A stretch of DNA of 39,764 nucleotides, taken from contig SMMR01000016.1 of NCBI GenBank assembly GCA_012295275.1, positions 1 to 39,764 on the forward strand, given 5' to 3'. Made by a program: the position numbers and the translations under genes. This DNA comes from Chrysomallon squamiferum. Its lineage: Eukaryota > Animalia > Mollusca. Of this stretch, positions 35,801 to 39,764 are shown piece after piece. A model generated the notes under the pieces. That model saw nothing but the letters and a program-made list of their open reading frames with translations. It had not been told where the DNA came from and searched no databases. The first letter of the stretch is position 1. Every line of letters starts with the position of its first letter.

Positions 35801-38800
35801 ACGAAACTTGAAAAAATTCGATTTTCAAAGTTGAAAATCCGTGTGGCACTTTTCCGTTTGGTCGGGAAAAATATTTCGACGTGTGCAAAAGGTGCGCGCC
35901 GTCGGGGCGAGTGTGGCAAAAGCGTTTCCAACATTTACCAAAGGTGCTGCACCTTTTGAAAATGCGTTTGAAAAAAAAAAACGAGCAATTTTTTCAAAAC
36001 ATGTGCGTTTTTGTGCACGTGTCGGAAACGAGTTGTTCCCCTTGGGTGGGGCGTGCGGCACTTTTGACCCGTGTCGGGCAACCCTTGCCCCACTTTTGGG
36101 TATGTGCGCCCGATTTTTCCCACGTGCTCGGAAAAAGTTATTGCACTTTGAAAAAGGTACCCCTAGCATTTTCAACGAAACTTGAAAAAATTCGATTTTC
36201 AAAGTTGAAAATCCGTGTGGCACTTTTCCGTTTGGTCGGGAAAAATATTTCGACGTGTGCAAAAGGTGCGCGCCGTCGGGGCGAGTGTGGCAAAAGCGTT
36301 TCCAACATTTACCAAAGGTGCTGCACCTTTTGAAAATGCGTTGAAAAAAAAAACGAGCAAATTTTCAAAAACATGTGCGTTTTTTGTGCACGTGTCGGAA
36401 ACGAGTTGTTCCCCTTAGGTGGGGCGTGCGGCACTTTTGACCCGTGTCGGGCAACCCTGCCCCCCACTTTTGGGTATGTGCGCCCGATTTTTCCCACGTG
36501 CTCGGAAAAAGTTATTGCACTTTGAAAAAGGTACCCCTAGCATTTTCAACGAAACTTGAAAAAATTCGATTTTCAAAAGTTGAAAATCCGTGTGGCACTT
36601 TTCCGTTTGGTCGGGAAAAATATTTCGACGTGTGCAAAGGTGCGCGCCGTCGGGGGGCGAGTGTGGCAAAAGCGTTTCCAACATTTACCAAAGGTGCTGC
36701 ACCTTTTGAAAATGCGTTTGAAAAAAAAAAAAACGAGCAAATTTTCAAAACATGTGCGTTTTTGTGCACGTGTCGGAAACGAGTTGTTCCCCTTGGGTGG
36801 GGCGTGCGGCACACCTTTTTGACCCGTGTCGGGCAACCCTTGCCCCACTTTTGGGTATGTGCGCCCGATTTTTCCCACGTGCTCGGAAAAAGTTATTGCA
36901 CTTTGAAAAAGGTACCCCTAGCATTTTCAACGAAACTTGAAAAAATTCGATTTTCAAAAGTTGAAAATCCGTGTGGCACTTTTCCGTTTGGTCGGGAAAA
37001 ATATTTCGACGTGTGCAAAAGGTGCGCGCCGTCGGGGCGAGTGTGGCAAAAGCGTTTCCAACATTTACCAAAGGTGCTGCACCTTTTGAAAATGCGTTTG
37101 AAAAAAAAACGAGCAAATTTTCAAAAACATGTGCGTTTTTTGTGCACGTGTCGGAAACGAGTTGTTCCCCTTGGGTGGGGCGTGCGGCACTTTTGACCCG
37201 TGTCGGGCAACCCTTGCCCCACTTTTGGGTATGTGCGCCCGATTTTTCCACGTGCTCGGAAAAGTTATTGCACTTTGAAAAAGGTACCCCTAGCATTTTC
37301 AACGAAACTTGAAAAATTCGATTTTCAAAAGTTGAAAATCCGTGTGCACTTTTCCGTTTGGTCGGGAAAAATATTTCGACGTGTGCAAAGGTGCGCGCCG
37401 TCGGGGCGAGTGTGGCAAAAGCGTTTCCAACATTTACCAAAGGTGCTGCACCTTTTGAAAATGCGTTTGAAAAAAAAAACGAGCAAATTTTCAAAAACAT
37501 GTGCGTTTTTTGTGCACGTGTCGGAAACGAGTTGTTCCCCTTGGGTGGGGCGTGCGGCACTTTTGACCCGTGTCGGGCAACCCTTGCCCCACTTTTGGGT
37601 ATGTGCGCCCGATTTTTCCCACGTGCTCGGAAAAAGTTATTGCACTTTGAAAAAGGTACCCCTAGCATTTTCAACGAAACTTGAAAAAATTCGATTTTCA
37701 AAAGTTGAAAATCCGTGTGGCACTTTTCCGTTTGGTCGGGAAAAATATTTCGACGTGTGCAAAAGGTGCGCGCCGTCGGGGCGAGTGTGGCAAAAGCGTT
37801 TCCAACATTTACCAAAGGTGCTGCACCTTTTGAAAATGCGTTTGAAAAAAAACGAGCAAATTTTTCAAAACATGTGCGTTTTTTTGTGCACGTGTCGGAA
37901 ACGAGTTGTTCCCCTTGGGTGGGGCGTGCGGCACTTTTGACCCGTGTCGGGCAACCCTGCCCCACTTTTGGGTATGTGCGCCCGATTTTTCCACGTGCTC
38001 GGAAAAGTTATTGCACTTTGAAAAAGGTACCCCTAGCATTTTCAACGAAACTTGAAAAAATTCGATTTTCAAAAGTTGAAAATCCGTGTGGCACTTTTCC
38101 GTTTGGTCGGGAAAAATATTTCGACGTGTGCAAAAGGTGCGCTCCGTCGGGGCGAGTGTGGCAAAAGCGTTTCCAACATTTACCAAAGGTGCTGCACCTT
38201 TTGAAAATGCGTTTGAAAAAAAACGAGCAAATTTTCAAAAACATGTGCGTTTTTTGTGCACGTGTCGGAAACGAGTTGTTCCCCTTGGGTGGGGCGTGCG
38301 GCACTTTTGACCCGTGTCGGGCAACCCTTGCCCCACTTTTGGGTATGTGCGCCCGATTTTTCCCACGTGCTCGGAAAAAGTTATTGCACTTTGAAAAAGG
38401 TACCCCTAGCATTTTCAACGAAACTTGAAAAAATTCGATTTTCAAAAGTTGAAAATCCGTGTGGCACTTTTCCGTTTGGTCGGGAAAAATATTTCGACGT
38501 GTGCAAAAGGTGCGCGCCGTCGGGGCGAGTGTGGCAAAAGCGTTTCCAACATTTACCAAAGGTGCTGCACCTTTTGAAAATGCGTTTGAAAAAAAACGAG
38601 CAAATTTTCAAAAACATGTGCGTTTTTTGTGCACGTGTCGGAAACGAGTTGTTCCCCTTGGGTGGGGCGTGCGGCACTTTTGACCCGTGTCGGGCAACCC
38701 TTGCCCCACTTTTGGGTATGTGCGCCCGATTTTTCCCACGTGCTCGGAAAAAGTTATTGCACTTTGAAAAAGGTACCCCTAGCATTTTCAACGAAACTTG

Positions 38801-39764
38801 AAAAAATTCGATTTTCAAAAGTTGAAAATCCGTGTGGCACTTTTCCGTTTGGTCGGGAAAAATATTTCGACGTGTGCAAAAGGTGCGCGCCGTCGGGGCG
38901 AGTGTGGCAAAAGCGTTTCCAACATTTACCAAAGGTGCTGCACCTTTTGAAAATGCGTTTGAAAAAAAACGAGCAAATTTTCAAAACATGTGCGTTTTTG
39001 TGCACGTGTCGGAAACGAGTTGTTCCCCTTGGGTGGGGCGTGCGGCACTTTTGACCCGTGTCGGGCAACCCTTGCCCCACTTTTGGGTATGTGCGCCCGA
39101 TTTTTCCCACGTGCTCGGAAAAAGTTATTGCACTTTGAAAAAGGTACCCCTAGCATTTTCAACGAAACTTGAAAAATTCGATTTTCAAAAGTTGAAAATC
39201 CGTGTGGCACTTTTCCGTTTGGTCGGGAAAAATATTTCGACGTGTGCAAAAGGTGCGCGCCGTCGGGGCGAGTGTGGCAAAAGCGTTTCCAACATTTACC
39301 AAAGGTGCTGCACCTTTTGAAAATGCGTTTGAAAAAAACGAGCAAATTTTCAAAAACATGTGCGTTTTTTGTGCACGTGTCGGAAACGAGTTGTTCCCCT
39401 TGGGTGGGGCGTGCGGCACTTTTGACCCGTGTCGGGCAACCCTTGCCCCTTACTTTTGGGTATGTGCGCCCGATTTTTCCACGTGCTCGGAAAAGTTATT
39501 GCACTTTGAAAAAGGTACCCCTAGCATTTTCAACGAAACTTGAAAAATTCGATTTTCAAAAGTTGAAAATCCGTGTGGCACTTTTCCGTTTGGTCGGGAA
39601 AAATATTTCGACGTGTGCAAAAGGTGCGCGCCGTCGGGGCGAGTGTGGCAAAAGCGTTTCCAACATTTACCAAAGGTGCTGCACCTTTTGAAAATGCGTT
39701 TGAAAAACGAGCAAATTTTCAAAAACATGTGCGTTTTTGTGCACGTCGGAAACGAGTTGTTCCC
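23858..39764. repeat. Satellite variant-B domain (monomers 64-106)
   Basis: Monomers share caaaaGttg, cactTttcc, gtTTggtc, ttcGacg, caaaaGcg, gctgcAcc, aaaCatg, ggGgcg, ttttGacc, gtgtCggg and ctcGgaa. This is 12 substitutions (~3%) relative to variant A. Confidence 0.9.

Larger units (their letters stand above)
1..39764. repeat. Tandem satellite DNA array, ~374-bp monomer, ~106 head-to-tail copies, running off both window ends
   Basis: The anchor gattttcaaaa(a/g)ttgaaaatccgtgtggcac recurs at 1, 377, 747, 1121 ... 39551. Clean monomers are 374 bp apart (anchored ORF starts 10258/10632, 15573/15947/16321, 17079/17453/17827, 30610/30984). I found no unique sequence or inversion. Confidence 0.99.

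Noticed and set aside
38469-38485. CENP-B-box-like ttccgtttggtcggga in variant B
   Set aside because: It resembles CTTCGTTGGAAACGGGA but fails the TTCG-N4-A-N2-CGGG core: TCCG instead of TTCG, no A, and spacing one base short.
23-39728. Hundreds of 60-413 aa ORFs (e.g. 9122-10228, 31357-32598, 36745-37965)
   Set aside because: All are translations of the same monomer in six frames. 374 is not a multiple of 3, ORF lengths depend on homopolymer indels, and I recognise no protein domain.
1-39764. CRISPR array, suggested by palindromic repeats and TTGAAA motifs resembling CRISPR repeat ends
   Set aside because: There are no unique spacers, the period is 374 bp with the whole unit repeated, and no cas genes are present.
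1-39764. Rolling-circle concatemer of one small circle (amplification artefact, or viroid-like ~370-nt circle)
   Set aside because: Stable position-dependent substitutions, a three-state site and local private SNPs are not expected from repeated copying of one template. I recognised no hammerhead ribozyme core. Read-level data would be needed to exclude it formally.

Overview
The whole window is one uninterrupted head-to-tail tandem repeat (satellite DNA): about 105 complete copies plus a partial copy of a ~374-bp monomer, all in the same orientation. I see no credible genes, RNA genes, transposons or CRISPR spacers, and every ORF in the track is a frameshifted reading of the same monomer. 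The interesting signal is structural. (1) The monomer appears to be a degenerate heptamer of a ~53-bp subunit, about 5 helical turns, rich in short dyads. (2) A homogeneous variant A (1-10.2 kb) turns into a homogeneous variant B (23.9-39.8 kb) through 13 ordered point changes at 12 sites. (3) A mosaic, SNP-rich core at ~15.5-17.8 kb hints at a 4-monomer duplication and may be the oldest part. Frequent homopolymer indels look like long-read consensus error. Host species and function (e.g. centromeric) cannot be determined from the sequence. All counts and coordinates were read by eye.
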